From Vicugna vicugna (Eukaryota), in the NCBI GenBank assembly GCA_013265495.1, contig MU061017.1, forward strand, positions 6,596,180 through 6,660,179: a stretch of 64,000 nt of DNA. The letters are read 5' to 3'. Below, piece by piece: positions 11,301 to 24,132 of this stretch (position 1 is its first letter; each line of letters starts with the position of its first letter). The notes below the pieces were generated by a model. That model did not search any database, was not told the origin of the DNA, and saw only the letters and a program-made list of their open reading frames with translations. A program made the translations under genes and the position numbers.

Positions 11301-12984
11301 CTCTCAGCCCCTGCACTAGCAGGGAGTGGAGGGAGAGAAGGAGAAAGAGGATGTGGCTATGTAGCGATTCTTCTTGGGTACTAGGGACCCTTAAGCTAGA
11401 GGGAGGGGCAGTGGGTGGGGTACATGGAGGGGGCTCACAACCCTCCCATCCTAATCCCCAGCCCTGTGGAGCTATCACTTAGACCCGGGACTGTCTGTCC
11501 TGTCCGCTCCGACCCCAGGGACCTCTCCACCTGGGCAGCCCTCCACCACCCAGGGTCTGGGCCCAGGGGATCCCGTGGTGACGTCCCAGGAGCCGCTGCT
11601 CCCCTCCTCTTGCCCCGCAAAGACGGCGGGGAGGCGGGGCATTCGGCTGCGCTCGCACCAACCCAAATATTACCATAAATGCTCAAGCGACTGCGGGGCC
11701 AGGGAGGGGCTAAGGCAGGGGACCCTGGGGCTCTCCGGAAGCCCCGAATCCGGTCTCCAGGCCTTTCCCAGCGCGGGCTGGTAGAAGGGGGTGGGGAACA
11801 GTGGTGGGGAGAGCGCCAGGCCGCATGGGGACTGCCTCCTGGGTGCGCAGTGACCTCTGATCCAGGAGAGAGTAGGATCCTCCAGACAGGATTTCAGCAT
11901 CAGGACGAGGATGGGGGTTCCGGGTCGCTCTTTAACCTCGCTGGACCCACTTCTGTCTGCTGGAGTAATGGGACCTCTAGCTCCCAATACTGGGTCTCTG
12001 CTCTCTGGTCTCTGAGGGGCTATTTAACCTCTGCCCACTTCCTCCTCCCGCCCTCAATTTGGAGTGTGGAGCAAGCTGGGGGCTGGGGGAAGGCCCAGGG
12101 CAGGATGCTGGGAGCCTACACCTCTCCTCCTCAGGGAAGTTCACATCCGCTCCCCAAAATACCACCATCCGGGAGGAGGAATGTCCCCAGAGAGCTGTTT
12201 GAGTTTGACTTTGAGCCGTCCCTGAGGGAAGGCCAGCTAGTCTACCAGAAAGGAAGGTGTCTATGGGAAGCCTAGGGACCCGAGGCTCCACTGCGTCTCT
12301 GAAGGGATTCCTCTCCTCCCTGAAGGCCATTTTGGCCTTTCATTTCGTCTTTCCTTCCACACACAGCTTTGAACAACAGGAGGGGAGCCTTGTTCCAATG
12401 CACCGTGGCGGGCCTGTGATCCCCAGTTAGTCACCACGCTGATCTTCGAGGGGTAGACAGGTGGGAGCGAGGAGGGGAGGCTAGCTGGGAGTCTGAGCCC
12501 CGCCTCCCTGACCCACTCCCCAGGGCCGGGGCTTCAAGAAAACTTGAAAAAAAGGAGAGAGAACACATGGTTTGGAATCAGAGAAAAGCCCCAGACTAGG
12601 TCAGACTGGGGCTGTGCTCTCCCTGCTGCCTTCCCCGTTGCATCCCAGTCACACTGGAAAGTGCTGGTTCAACTTTGGTCTCAAACACTCAGCTGTAAAC
12701 TCCATGAAGGAATTGGTGGCTTTGAGACAGCCCTGCCGCTTAATTAGCTAATCTTGGGCCAGTGGCCAAACCAGTGACTGTTCAGAGGGGACATGGCAGT
12801 GCTCAGAGCGAAGAAGCATGATATTTAATATTTGCACAGTGCTTTACAACTCAGCCCATCACTTGAGGTCATTTTCATCACTAATGTTTATCCTGGTCTT
12901 TGCAACAACAACAAAAAATGAGGAAACTGAAGCACAGAATGTTACATAACCTAAAGTCACACAGCTTGTGAGTAATGGAGCTAC

Positions 12985-13130
12985 ATTTATTTTTACTGTG
13001 GTAAAATACACATAACATAAAACTCACCCTTTTAACCATTTTGAGTATATAGTTTTCAGTGGCATTAAATACTGTTACAGTGTTATCCAGCGATCACCAC
13101 TGTCTAGTTCTAGAACTTTTTGATCACCCC
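12985..13130 (-). mobile_element. L1M 3'-end fragment inserted in a MIR
   Basis: ttttactgtggtaaaatacacataacataaaactcacccttttaaccatttt… is a typical reverse L1MB/MC tail; MIR-like sequence on both sides. Confidence 0.6.
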
Positions 13131-13864
13131 AAGATACTAAAATTTGAACCAAGGTTGATCTAACTCCAAAACTTACAGCTGAATTAATTTCACATCCTAG
13201 AAGTGATAGCAGTGGATTGAATACCACCGAGTTATGTGATATAAACAGGAAATGCAACAGGGATTCAGAAGATGGAGCATCTGTGGGAACTACACTAGCC
13301 TGCACTAGGCAGGAAAGCCTTTCTGGAAGTGTGAGGGTTTCAATGAAAAGTCAGATTTAGATAGGGGAAGAGTGAGGATAGACCATTCCAGGCAGGGCAA
13401 GTGGCACAAACAATGAGACTGCAGGAAAGGGCACACACAGTGACAACTGCTTCTTCTGTATAGGAAGAGTCTCAGTGTAGCCATCTGGCTAGAAGATCGG
13501 GCTGAGGGGGAGGCTGGGTGACATGATTGCTATTAGCATAGCAAGCCCACTGCTTTCACTTTCATTCTATGTTTATTTGGAGTGTCTTGAGAGCTTTAGC
13601 CACTGCTACCATGTGTTGGTACCGCCCTTCTGCAAACAGCTGATACTAAATAAAGTGTTACAAGGCTAAGTAGAAATTCCATGAGGTAGAGGTTACATCC
13701 ATGTGAGACCTTGGGCAAATGAGATGGAATTAGGTCATGGGAGAGGAACTTGGATCTTCAGATAGAGTAGGCAATGGGGAGCCACTGCAGGTTCTTGAGC
13801 AATGGCAAAATGTGAAATTGGGATTGAGGTTTATGAGGGTTTCTCTACTTCTTCTTTGCCTGTG

Positions 13865-13881
13865 AGCGCCCCCTGGTGCCC
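13865..13881 (-). promoter_or_regulatory. Candidate CTCF site
   Basis: Reverse complement GGGCACCAGGGGGCGCT closely matches the CTCF consensus GGCCACCAGGGGGCGCT. Confidence 0.55.
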
Positions 13882-14969
13882 CTAGTTTGAATTGTTCTCT
13901 GATCTTATGGAGCAGGTGGGAGGATGTGGGAACTGAGAAGCGGGGTTATCAGTTGAAGCCAGACTTGGGGGCTTCATTTCAGTTCATCCTGAGTGATGAC
14001 AGCACTGCAGTACAAGTAGAGGTGACATGTGGACAGAGAGGGTTTGCTTTGAAGGAAAATGGCATTGTGGTGGCTCCCTTCTCTGTCTCATAACTGAACT
14101 AGGATATTGTGTGTCTTGTAGTAAGCTGGGGGTGGGGGTTGAGATGATAACTAAGACAAGGTCCATGTGTTTGAGAAGCTTGTACTCAAGTGAGGGGGAC
14201 AGTCAAGTACAGAGCTAGAATACAATGTGCCAAGTACTAGGGTGCAAACATGCAGGTGAAACAGTTACTTAAATCAGCCTGAGGTAGCCAAAGGAGGCTT
14301 CCTGGAAGACCTGACACTTAGCTTCACTGTGAGGGATAATGGTGGGTAACTAGGAAAATGGGGTGTGGCAGCCTGCTCTGTGTGGGAGATAGCTAGCGTT
14401 GGTTAGTATCTTGCAAGGGAGGAATGAGTTTAGTGAGGGATAAAGCCAGATTACAGAGGATTTGTAAACCTTGGTAAATTATCTAGCACAGCAGGGTGTG
14501 TATAAACGGTTCTGAGCAGGGATGATCCACCAATCAGTTTAGATCCATCGGAGTTCAAGCCTAGAGGGACAGAGCCAAAGGTCCCACTTTCAAGGGTCCC
14601 ATTTCCCCTCTCAGGTCTGTCCTCTCTCTTGGGTGACTGAGCTTGGGAACATCCAGTCCCTTCTGGAGAGGCTGCTGCTACCCCTGGGGTGTGGCCTTCC
14701 TTTAACTTTCAATAAGCCAATCCATCTGATCATACACGCTCCACGCTAGAATGAAAGATAAGGATGAGAGGGACCTCTTCCTTATGTCACCTACTGTGAC
14801 GGAGATCCTCTTGGCAGCTGCTGTAGCTTCACACATCCAGCTTGAGGTGGGACACAATACCTTTGAGTCCCCTATAAACAATTCTTGAATACTAGTATTA
14901 CTAATATTAAGCAATAGTTCATCTCAAGCGTCTGTGGGCAGTACATATTTAAGAGTAATTCCATTTCCC

Positions 14970-15450
14970 ACTTGAGACCATGATTTATTCTTTATTTGAA
15001 AATCTTCTGTTGTTTTGCTTAACTCCAATTTCTTTTAGTATCATGTTCAAATTAAATTTACTTGTTTTAACAGCATTTAGCCAGCCTTCTCATCATGTGT
15101 CCAAGAGTGGTTGTAAAGTCAAATGTGATGTGTATTTCCCCAAGATGCTTCATCTTTAGGCAGATCCAGCAAATATTGCATATAATCTTTTTCTTGTTCC
15201 AAAAAATGCCATCACCCTCAGCACAGTTGAGGTCAGATCTAGTAACAAGTTCAAGTATGCCACCCGGGACACGTGGCACAAACATGCTTTTGGATTTTTA
15301 GTTAAAAACTTGACTTTGTTCACCTTTATTTTTACTAACCATGTCAGTCCCATTACCATGAACTTGGCCTCAACGATCTTTAAATCAATGCCTAAAATTG
15401 TAAGTTGCTTTTTTTCAGTTCTTCCCTTAAGCCAAAACAGGACTAAAACC
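14970..15450 (-). mobile_element. Decayed hAT (Tip100/Zaphod-like) transposase coding remnant
   Basis: Frameshifted translation gives GQVHGNGTDMVSKNKG…NPKA…LNLLLD…FFGTRKRLYAIFAGSA*R*SIL…LTLQPLLDT**EGWLNAVK, matching hAT motifs GQ.YDxxxNMxG, NPxA, HxLNL and TRW. Confidence 0.7.
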
Positions 15451-16889
15451 AATTAAATACACACACACATTTCATCTAGATGCACATATAGACACACTTT
15501 TAAAAATATGAATTAATATTACAAATGTTCCTCAGCCACTACTGCAAATACAACATTAATTTCTGAGTAGTTCTGGAACCACAAATTGGAAGAGGCAAAA
15601 AAGCAAGAGGATTTGACTAGTTAATTAATGTATTTCTTTTCTTCCCTAAGTGCTTCAATGGCTCAAATCCTCCCCTGCACAAACCACAGATCTTTGTGGG
15701 ATTTGGACACAGTCACTTCATATTTCCAGAACATGGATCAGGAGATGTGAAGTGCTTCTCCGGGTCTGAGCAGTGTTATTACCAGAGCTGATGTGTAGGG
15801 TTATGGATTCTCCTGTACCAGAGCCAAGCCCTGGATCCTGACTGATGGAGGAAAACATTTTTGGTATGTTGTGATTTGTGGGGCCTCGGGTGGTACTGGG
15901 AGGGAACAGGGAGGAGGGGACGGGATGAAAACAAGCCTTCTATGAATGTACCTTTTATATGGTTTTGACTTGGGAGTCCTGTAAATGATTTGCAGAATTC
16001 AAAAGCAAAATTAAATCAAAAGGGGAAAAAAAATCCAACTTGAAAACCATGGCAGTAATATGGATTTTACTGAATGCTTGATAGGGAGACAAAGGGAGGG
16101 TTATAGTACACACAGCACCACACACACACACAGACACACACACAACTCCTGAGTTAGACATTCTTTCATTGTTTTACCCCATCTCTTAATCGTCAAGCCT
16201 GAACAACCTTTAAAACCCTCTTCTGTTGTCCTAGCTAACATCTCTCACCTAGCAACACAAGTGCCCTGCACTGAGCACAGCAGAAACCAGCTGTTGTTCC
16301 AGCAGGCCCCTTGGGGGCAGATGCCTGAGAGTTTGAGATCACACCACTGCATCTTCATGATAAAATTCTGCAAGGATAGCACCTCCAGGCATTAACTTTT
16401 CTCCAGATCTGGTTTATTTTCTTCTCAAGCACTGCAAAATAAAGTCAGTTGGTGTTGGTTCTCTTCACCAACACTCTCCAATCTTCCTTCTCCAGACTCT
16501 GAATAGAGGAGGACCCCTGCTTTGGCAACAGCAATTTTGAACCGGCTCTTATCTGAAACACAGTCCTGGAGGAGAAAGAAACATTATCAAGTCATTAGAG
16601 ATACTGCTTGGGTCCAAATCAAACCATAACATTCACGATCACCACAATGGGAGTGTTTACAACCTCTCAGCTCCAGGAGGTGCCTTGGCTTCTCCAAGGA
16701 GAGTGATGGGAAGGGCATCTGAGCACTTCTTTTTCATTGAGGTCACGTGGTAGTTTCAGCCATTATATTTCTAGCTTAAGAATGGAGAGCATTTTGTAGT
16801 AATGTATTTGTCACAAGAATTTTGCCCACAGGTAACCTCTGCCTGCCCACAGCTGGAATGCCTGCTGAATCAAAGGTTGTGGCTTTTTA

Positions 16890-17430
16890 AAGCTGGCTTT
16901 GGCTAAATATGTCTCAGATCACTCAAAGGGGAGGCCTTGGTCCCAAACTAATGGAAATATTGGGTCAGAGGATCCTGCCAACTCCAAGGTCTTTCCTGGT
17001 GTGGAAAGCTGGCTGGTTAATTACACACAGTGCAGGCCCAGCAAATATGCTGAGTTTGATTTTGGACACATTGAGTTTGGAGCACCAGTGGGATATCCAG
17101 GTGCTGTCCATGGACAGGAAAGCAGTTTGAACCTGAACTTTGCAAGAGAGATTCAGGCTGAAGATATAGATTTGAAAATTATGATGCAGAGGTGAGAGAC
17201 GGTCCTGGTGGAGACAGAAGGAATACAGGAGAGGGTAATGTCCAGGGGCCAAGGGTGGAGGAAGTGGTCACGGGTGTCAAGAGCTGCAGGAAGATAGGTT
17301 AAGAACATTTGTCCTTGTTCACTGGACAAGTAAGATTTCTGAAGAGGACAGGTTATGGGTAATGGGATCAAGAATCTTGAAGAGGAGGTGGGTGTGTCCT
17401 CCAAGAGTTGAAACTGGGGTAAATGCACAG
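16890..17430 (-). mobile_element. L2 LINE fragment
   Basis: ttggacacattgagtttggagcacc…gaagatatagatttgaaa is a reverse L2-like segment; boundaries approximate. Confidence 0.6.
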
Positions 17431-19049
17431 TGGGACAACAAAAACAACCAGCAACAATAACACAATGGACTGTGATCTGGGCAGGAGATTAAACAAATCT
17501 TTATATTATTCTCCTTTGTTTAGAGAGGTTATTAGCTTTTTGTGGCTAGAGCTTAGAGGGGGTTGGGGGCAGAACCAGACTGTTCTGTAAACTCAAATAA
17601 CAATGGGAAGTTGGAGTCTGATGACTAGAGAAAGGGAGAGGGGAAATCTCAGTAGGAACAGGAAGAGAAAGGGAAAACATGTCTCAGAAAATACATTAAG
17701 TCGAAGTCTGACAGATGTGAGTGAGAAAGGCTGGGGGAAAACCAGTAGGGTTTGAGAAATGGCAGTCCGTGCCCTGCACTTATAGTGTAACCCCTCCTGG
17801 GAGCCCCCTATCTGAGTAAAGGTGTGCACATACCTCAGCTTTGTATCAGTGGTGCAGTGGTGCTTTGGGGAATGAAGGATTCAGGCAGTGTTCAGGGTGG
17901 GGTGATGGGGACAGACACTTTCAGGAATCCAGGCCAGAGTGGAGATCAAGAATTCAAGGTGCCAACTAAAAATTGTCACAAGCCATTGTAGTCACTGACC
18001 TTCCACACACCCAGACAGGCATTCAGGATGGAGATCAGGAATAAAGCACTGTGTGCTCTGGGAAAAACTGGTAGAACAGGCCTTCAGATAGTTACATATT
18101 TTCAGAAGAAGATTTTATGAGCCCAATTTCTTGCATCTTCTCAAATGCAGAAAAGCACTTAAATCATTAACAGAGATATCTGCTCCTTGTGACTAGCAGC
18201 AACCTTCTTGTGACCAGCAGCAATTTTCTGCCGAAATATGTGCTTGATTGCATGTATCCTCCTTCACCAAAATCACATATATATTGACCACCCCCCTTCT
18301 ATCTTTGGAGCAGTTCCTCAGAGCTACCTGAAAGGCTGTCTTCCCAGCTAAAGTCTTCATTTTGCCCTCAAATAGAACTGACAACTCTCATATTGTTCTT
18401 TTTTCTTTTTCCTGCCAACAAATGCAAGTAGGAAGCTAAAGCAATGGTGGCCAGGGGAAGGATAAGACCCCCAAGTATCCTTGGCCTTCATAGCACCAGG
18501 CTTCTCAATATATTTGGGATTAATATCTTACGTATTTTGAATATTATTTGAGTATTAAAGGCTACATTTTTGAGGAGCCTACTAAAGCCACCCAGGTGTA
18601 GATATCTAACTAGAGTGTTGAAGTAGACAAATGAATAGGGCCTGGGCTGGGAGGGTGAGCTGTTTCCATACTGTGACCTCATTTTCTCACCGACAGTGAG
18701 ATAATCTGCTAAGGGTGCTCAAACGTCCTGAGAAAATCTTGAATAGAGCTTGAGGAAACTGTTTGGAAATAGCAGCTTGGGAATCCTCTGTCACAATCTG
18801 TTTCTCCTTATGAATTGCTTGTGAGCAGGCACATCTTAAATATTTTTTATATCCCCAATGCATTTGTAGAGGCTCAGTAAACTGTAGAGCAATGAATGAA
18901 TGGAAGAAGACGAGGGAGCAAGTCTGAGGCTGCCCAGACGGTGCAGTCCCAGAACCCAGGTCCGAGACAGTGACCTGCCATCCTGCACCTGAAAAGATCA
19001 AGCCCCGAGGCCAAGAGAAAAAGCAGCCCCGGTATTAGCCCAGTCCAAA

Positions 19050-19560
19050 AGCCTGCTCCTTTAGGAGGCGGGGCTGGGGGGCGTATTCTGCCTCTGCCCA
19101 TCAACTGACCAATCCCCGCCTCAAGGGGGCGGGGACTTTAAGCTGTTTCCGCCCCTCCCTTTGTAAAGTACTAAATAGTTTGGGCGCCGTTCAAACGGAC
19201 CAATGAGTGCTCGATATTTCCTGTGGTCGGGCCTCACCGATCGGCCAGAGTTCTTCGTCCCTCCCTCCATGTCACGCCTCTTGCCCCTCCCTTTCGCGCA
19301 CAAGATGGCGGCGCCCAGCGAAGTAGAAGCCGCGCCGGGGGTTTGCTGAGGCTCGCTCCCTTCCCCACTGCCCCTTTGGGCGCAAATCGCCGCGAGCGCA
19401 GAGGACGGGGGCCGGGCGGGGACAGGGGCACCTGCGTCGCTGGACTGCGAGCCTGCGCCCAGCCTGCGCCGCCCCCACCCGGCCCCGGCCTGGCCCGATT
19501 CCTTCCGTTCCCGGTCTCCTGGGTCTGACCCGTTGCCCGGCCGTGGTACGTCACCACCAG
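19050..19560 (+). promoter_or_regulatory. RNF26 CpG-island promoter
   Basis: GC boxes (ggggcgggg), two CCAAT boxes (gaccaatcc near 19108, gaccaatga near 19199), YY1 motif AAGATGGCGGC at 19302-19312. Confidence 0.75.
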
Positions 19561-19859
19561 GCCTTCAAAGCTGAGGTTTCTCTTCTAGCCCGGGATCACC
19601 TCCACTTTGGAAATGTTTGGCCTCTTTCCTCCCAAACAGCCCGCCTTCAAAACCGGGACTCCTGGACCGGCACCTGGCTCCCTTTCCCTCACCTGAGACT
19701 CCACTTCCTTCCAACCCACTTCCTCAGATTCTCCCTGGATTGGAGCCTGCTCACTTCTCTTCCAAATTAATTCCTGAACTCCCCAAATATTGACAGTTCT
19801 GAGACCCCCCCTCAACCGGGAGCCAGACTTCCTTTTGGATTAACCTCCATAGCACTATC

Positions 19860-21161
19860 ATGGAAGCTGTGTATTTGGTAGTGAATGGGGTGGGCCTGTT
19901 GCTGGATGTGCTGACCTTGGTGTTGGACCTCAACTTCCTGCTGGTGTCCTCCCTCCTGGCTTCCCTGGCCTGGCTCCTGGCCTTCATCTACAACCTGCCA
20001 CACACGGTACTGACTAGTCTTCTGCACTTGGGCCGCGGAGTCTTGCTTTCACTGCTGGCCTTGATTGAAGCTGTGGTCCGGTTCACCTTTGGGGGCTTGC
20101 AGGCCTTGTGTACCATACTATACAGCTGCTATTCTGGTCTGGAGAGCTTAAAGCTCCTGGGGCACCTGGCCTCTCATGGGGCGCTTAGGAGCCGGGAGAT
20201 CCTGCACCGGGGCGTCCTCAATATGGTCTCCAATGGCCATGCTTTGCTGCGGCAGGCCTGTGACATCTGTGCCATTACCATGAGCCTAGTGGCCTATGTG
20301 ATCAATAGCCTGGTCAACATCTGCCTTATTGGCACTCAGAACCTCTTCTCCCTGGTGCTGGCCCTATGGGATGCAGTGATGGGGCCGCTGTGGAGGATGA
20401 CGGATGTGGTGGCTGCCTTCCTAGCCCACATTTCCAGCAGTGCTGTGGCCATGTCCATCCTCCTCTGGACCCCCTGCCAGCTAGTACTGGAGCTCCTGGC
20501 CTCAGCTGCCCGCCTCCTGGCCAGCTTTGTGCTTGTCAATCTCACTGGCCTAGCGCTGCTGGCTTGTGTGCTGGCACTGACGGTGATTGTGTTGCACCCG
20601 GACCTCACCCTGAGGCTGGCCACCCGGATGCTCAGTCAGCTCCACGCCCGGCCATCCTACCACCGACTCAGAGAGGATGTTGTACGGCTGTCTCGTCTAG
20701 CACTGGGCCTGGAGGCCTGGCGCCACATCTGGAGCCGAAGCCTGCAGCTGGCGAGCTGGCCAAACCGGGGAGGGGCACCTGGGGCCCCCCAGGGTGGCCC
20801 TAGGAGGGTGCCCTCAGCCAGGACCTGGCGACAGGACACTTTTCCTGAAGCAGGGCCCAGATCAGAGGCAGAAGAGGAGGCAGTCAGGATGGCCAGGGTG
20901 ACAGCTGCCCGAGGCCGGGAGAGGCTCAATGTGGAGGAGCCTGTAGCTGGGCAAGACCCATGGAAGTTGCTGAAGGAGCAAGAGGAGCGGAAGAAGTGCG
21001 TCATCTGCCAGGACCAGAGCAAGACGGTGCTGCTTCTGCCTTGTCGGCACCTGTGCCTGTGCCAGGCCTGCACCGAAATCCTAATGCGCCACCCTGTCTA
21101 CCACCGCAACTGCCCACTCTGTCGCCGGGGCATTCTGCAGACCCTCAATGTCTACCTCTGA
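19860..21161 (+). CDS. RNF26: RING finger protein 26, ER-membrane E3 ubiquitin ligase; single coding exon, 433 aa
   Basis: Intact ORF MEAVYLVVNGVG…; hydrophobic N-terminal TM region; C-terminal RING CVICQDQSKTVLLLPCRHLCLCQAC…CPLCR. Confidence 0.98.
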   Translation: MEAVYLVVNGVGLLLDVLTLVLDLNFLLVSSLLASLAWLLAFIYNLPHTVLTSLLHLGRGVLLSLLALIEAVVRFTFGGLQALCTILYSCYSGLESLKLLGHLASHGALRSREILHRGVLNMVSNGHALLRQACDICAITMSLVAYVINSLVNICLIGTQNLFSLVLALWDAVMGPLWRMTDVVAAFLAHISSSAVAMSILLWTPCQLVLELLASAARLLASFVLVNLTGLALLACVLALTVIVLHPDLTLRLATRMLSQLHARPSYHRLREDVVRLSRLALGLEAWRHIWSRSLQLASWPNRGGAPGAPQGGPRRVPSARTWRQDTFPEAGPRSEAEEEAVRMARVTAARGRERLNVEEPVAGQDPWKLLKEQEERKKCVICQDQSKTVLLLPCRHLCLCQACTEILMRHPVYHRNCPLCRRGILQTLNVYL

Positions 21162-22037
21162 AGACTCCCTCCCTGTCTGCCCACCCCTCCACGCTCCACG
21201 CAGCCACCTGCGCGAGGACAGCATTAACACCCGATCTCTGGGTCCCAGACTGAATCCCCTCCTGCCCTCTGCCGAACCTGAAGCCATACATCCAGGTCAC
21301 TGAGATGGGAAACCCTGGAAGACTGTGACTTGGATGGGGGCAGGGTAACAGCTTTTCCTTACCTGGCGGGTCCCCGTGATGCTGAGTGTGGTGAGTGTGT
21401 CTCACCACTCAGTGTGAGACTCTCGACTCCCCTTCAGCTTGCCAGGGCCCAGCCAGATGCAAGTGTCTGGGGCTCCTCTTCTCTGCTTTGGTGTTTCTGT
21501 TGGGGATTTGTAGGTTCTCTCCCTGCTCCCTCCTCACTTCCTCCCCAGCTTCTGCAGCCATACGTATCAGTGTCATTTGCGTGTTTTGGCAACCCTAAGG
21601 CCTTGGAATGATCTTGAACGTTTGCTTCCAGCTGGAGCCGCTGTGCCCTGGCAGGCTTTGGGGGGTAGTATCTCAGGTGCCCTTAAAGCTACCACTTGTA
21701 GCTGTCATGATCTTATGAGGCCCCCTCCCAACCTGATCCAACAGCTGGGATCAAGAGTTAACCCCCGGGGATGTGTGTGTGTGTTTGCACCTGGCTTTGG
21801 GACCATGTACCCTCTGGCACCCCAGCACCACTGGGAGCCTCAGGAGGGATAGCAGATTTCTACTTATATCCCCTTCACTCCGCACATCACAGAGAAAAGT
21901 GGTGTTCCACTTCTGTTAGTCTCTCCTTGGCACTGGGGAAGGCAGACTGCACATTGCACTAGGGTCCAAAAACAGAAGGGGCCAGGGTGTAGGGGCGTGC
22001 AGCTTCCTAAGGGGTCTGTCTGGCCCAGGTTCCAGGG

Positions 22038-22043
22038 AATAAA
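22038..22043 (+). terminator. RNF26 polyadenylation signal (candidate)
   Basis: AATAAA about 0.88 kb after the stop codon. Confidence 0.65.
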
Positions 22044-23751
22044 GTCCTGTTACAGCTCTGAGGGCCTCTGTGCATCCTTACAAGGGTGAGCAGTTGGTCA
22101 GGGGAACTGATGCGACTGCAGTGTCTTCCAGTCCTGCTGGAGTCACAGGTGTGGTCGGTGGGGGACCTGGTGGGGGAAGAGATAGGATAGGGTGGGGGTG
22201 CTATGCCTTGGGGAGAGCCCATGCCAAGAGTGGCTGGATTCGCTTTCACACCCCTCCAGTTTGTGCCCTCACGTGCACAGCTTTTGGAAAAACTCTCGTT
22301 TCTGTTTTGCCAGAACTAAGCCTAGTAGAGAAGAGGGTGAACCTTCTCTCCCTGTAGTCAGCCCCCGAGCTTCTCCTCTGGTGCCACTCATCCCAGGAGG
22401 AAACTTGGGGTTCCTGCTGCCTGAAGTCAAGTCTCCCCTCAGATCCCTGGAGGAGTTAGTGCTTGTCTTTGTGTCTCTTGGTGTGGAGGGGTGCTGTGGG
22501 AGGCTGGAGTATGGCTGTGGGACCTCCTGGTGGATGGCCGAAGCCCAGGACAGCTGAGGCCTATCTCTAGCTCAGTTACCTGGCCCACTCCCCATCGGTC
22601 ACATCCACCCTCACGTGACCAGCAAAAGAGCGGCGGTGGGGGAGATACACCATCCCATAATTGTATGTTAAATCTAGGAGCATATGCCAAGGACAGCCTT
22701 CTGGAAGGAAGGGTAAGAGAGAAAGGGATAGGCCAGGAAGAAACTCTGAGGAGAGGCACCTCCACTTTCTCTCCACTTTCTCTCGGGTTGAGAGCCTGTG
22801 CTGATTGTGGAGCTGGCAAGCCCCGATTTGGTTTGTTAGTCATTGGGTTGGGGGTGGAGCAGGCGCTGGCTGCTGCAGGTCAAAGGAGGGTAGTCTTGAA
22901 GGGGCTTTGTGGCTAGCCTCAGACTTCGAGGCGGCCCAGCCCAGTGGGGAAGCGTCCTGCACATCCACCTTGGAGTTGGGAGGCCTGAGGAAGGGCTTTT
23001 GTTCCCCTTCCCCCAACCCTGGAGAAGCTGCTGATCAAGGGGAGGCTTGGCTCCTTCCAGTCTCTGTTTAATGTGAGGATAAACATTTTATGAGGGAAGA
23101 TAAACTTCCTGAGCTGGGAGCAAAGGACCATTTTTTTCCTCCACCCCCATCTGGAATCCTACTGGCAGACCTCTACCCTTCCTCCCCCTAAGCAGGCTGG
23201 TAGTGCAGGCTACTTAGGGTCGTTGCTGCATTCTGGAGCTGGGGTGCCCCCTTGTGGCCACCGCGGAAATGATGTATCTTGACACCCAAGGACACTCTGC
23301 TCCCCTGGCATGAGGGACAGAGAAACAGCTCTCCAGTCATCTAGGGACAGGCAAGCAGCCAGAACAGTCATGAATGAAAATACCAGGCTCTTTTTTGTCG
23401 GTCAGGGCAGGAGGGTGTGTGGTGAAGTTCCATCCAATTCATATGAGATCTTTGAGTTAGAAAAATGTGCTGCTTCCTCTGGGTGGCCAGAGCCCCACAC
23501 CAGGGCACTCCTTGGCAGGGCACTCCTGTTCACAACCTACATAGCTTAGGTGTCAGCTCTGTAAAGTAACCTCTCCTTCACCTGAACCTGCTCCCTGTAT
23601 CTCCTGCCCCATAGCTTCATCCAGCCTAAGAGACCTCTTCTGCCTAAGTGCCCTTTCCCTCCTCCCTCTTCCCCTTTCCTCCCATCCTTGGAATCAGGGC
23701 ATCCCCACCATTAAAGAGGAAAAGCTGAAGCCAATAGGAGGGCTTTTTTTT

Positions 23752-23768
23752 TTTATTAAAGATTTATT
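23752..23768 (-). terminator. C1QTNF5/MFRP polyadenylation signals (candidate)
   Basis: Two minus-strand AATAAA (plus-strand tttatt at 23752-23757 and 23763-23768) about 370 nt after the C1QTNF5 stop. Confidence 0.55.
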
Positions 23769-24132
23769 GAATAATCTCTGAGAAAAGGGCCCAGGAGCAG
23801 GAGGGATAAGGGAGGACTCAAAGAAGCGGAGGACCAGGAAAGAATACCCCACCTTGGGGTCCTGGGCCAGAGCAACTGGAGGGACCCACACCTGCCAGCA
23901 CAGCGCTCTCCTTTGGTCTGGGGCAGAAATCCAGCCACTGCCCCACGCTGCCAGCCCTGATCTCAGCCTCTGTCCTCATTCCCTGTCGGCAGCAGAATAG
24001 AGAGGCCCCACCCCACCTCCGCAGTCATTCACAACATTCCAGGGGGGCCAGCCCTCCCGGATTATGTGGCCATCAATGTCACACTCTCCTCTCATAGGAG
24101 TGAGAGAGCATGCGCTCATTTTCCAGTGGGTA

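Noticed and set aside
10341-12330. Several 100-220 aa ORFs upstream of MCAM (e.g. 10341-11006, 10717-11319, 11679-12275)
   Set aside because: Low-complexity P/G/S-rich translations on both strands of GC-rich DNA; no domain and no splice structure; expected by chance.
20336-21073. Antisense and alternative-frame ORFs over RNF26
   Set aside because: Shadows of a GC-rich coding sequence with no independent motifs.
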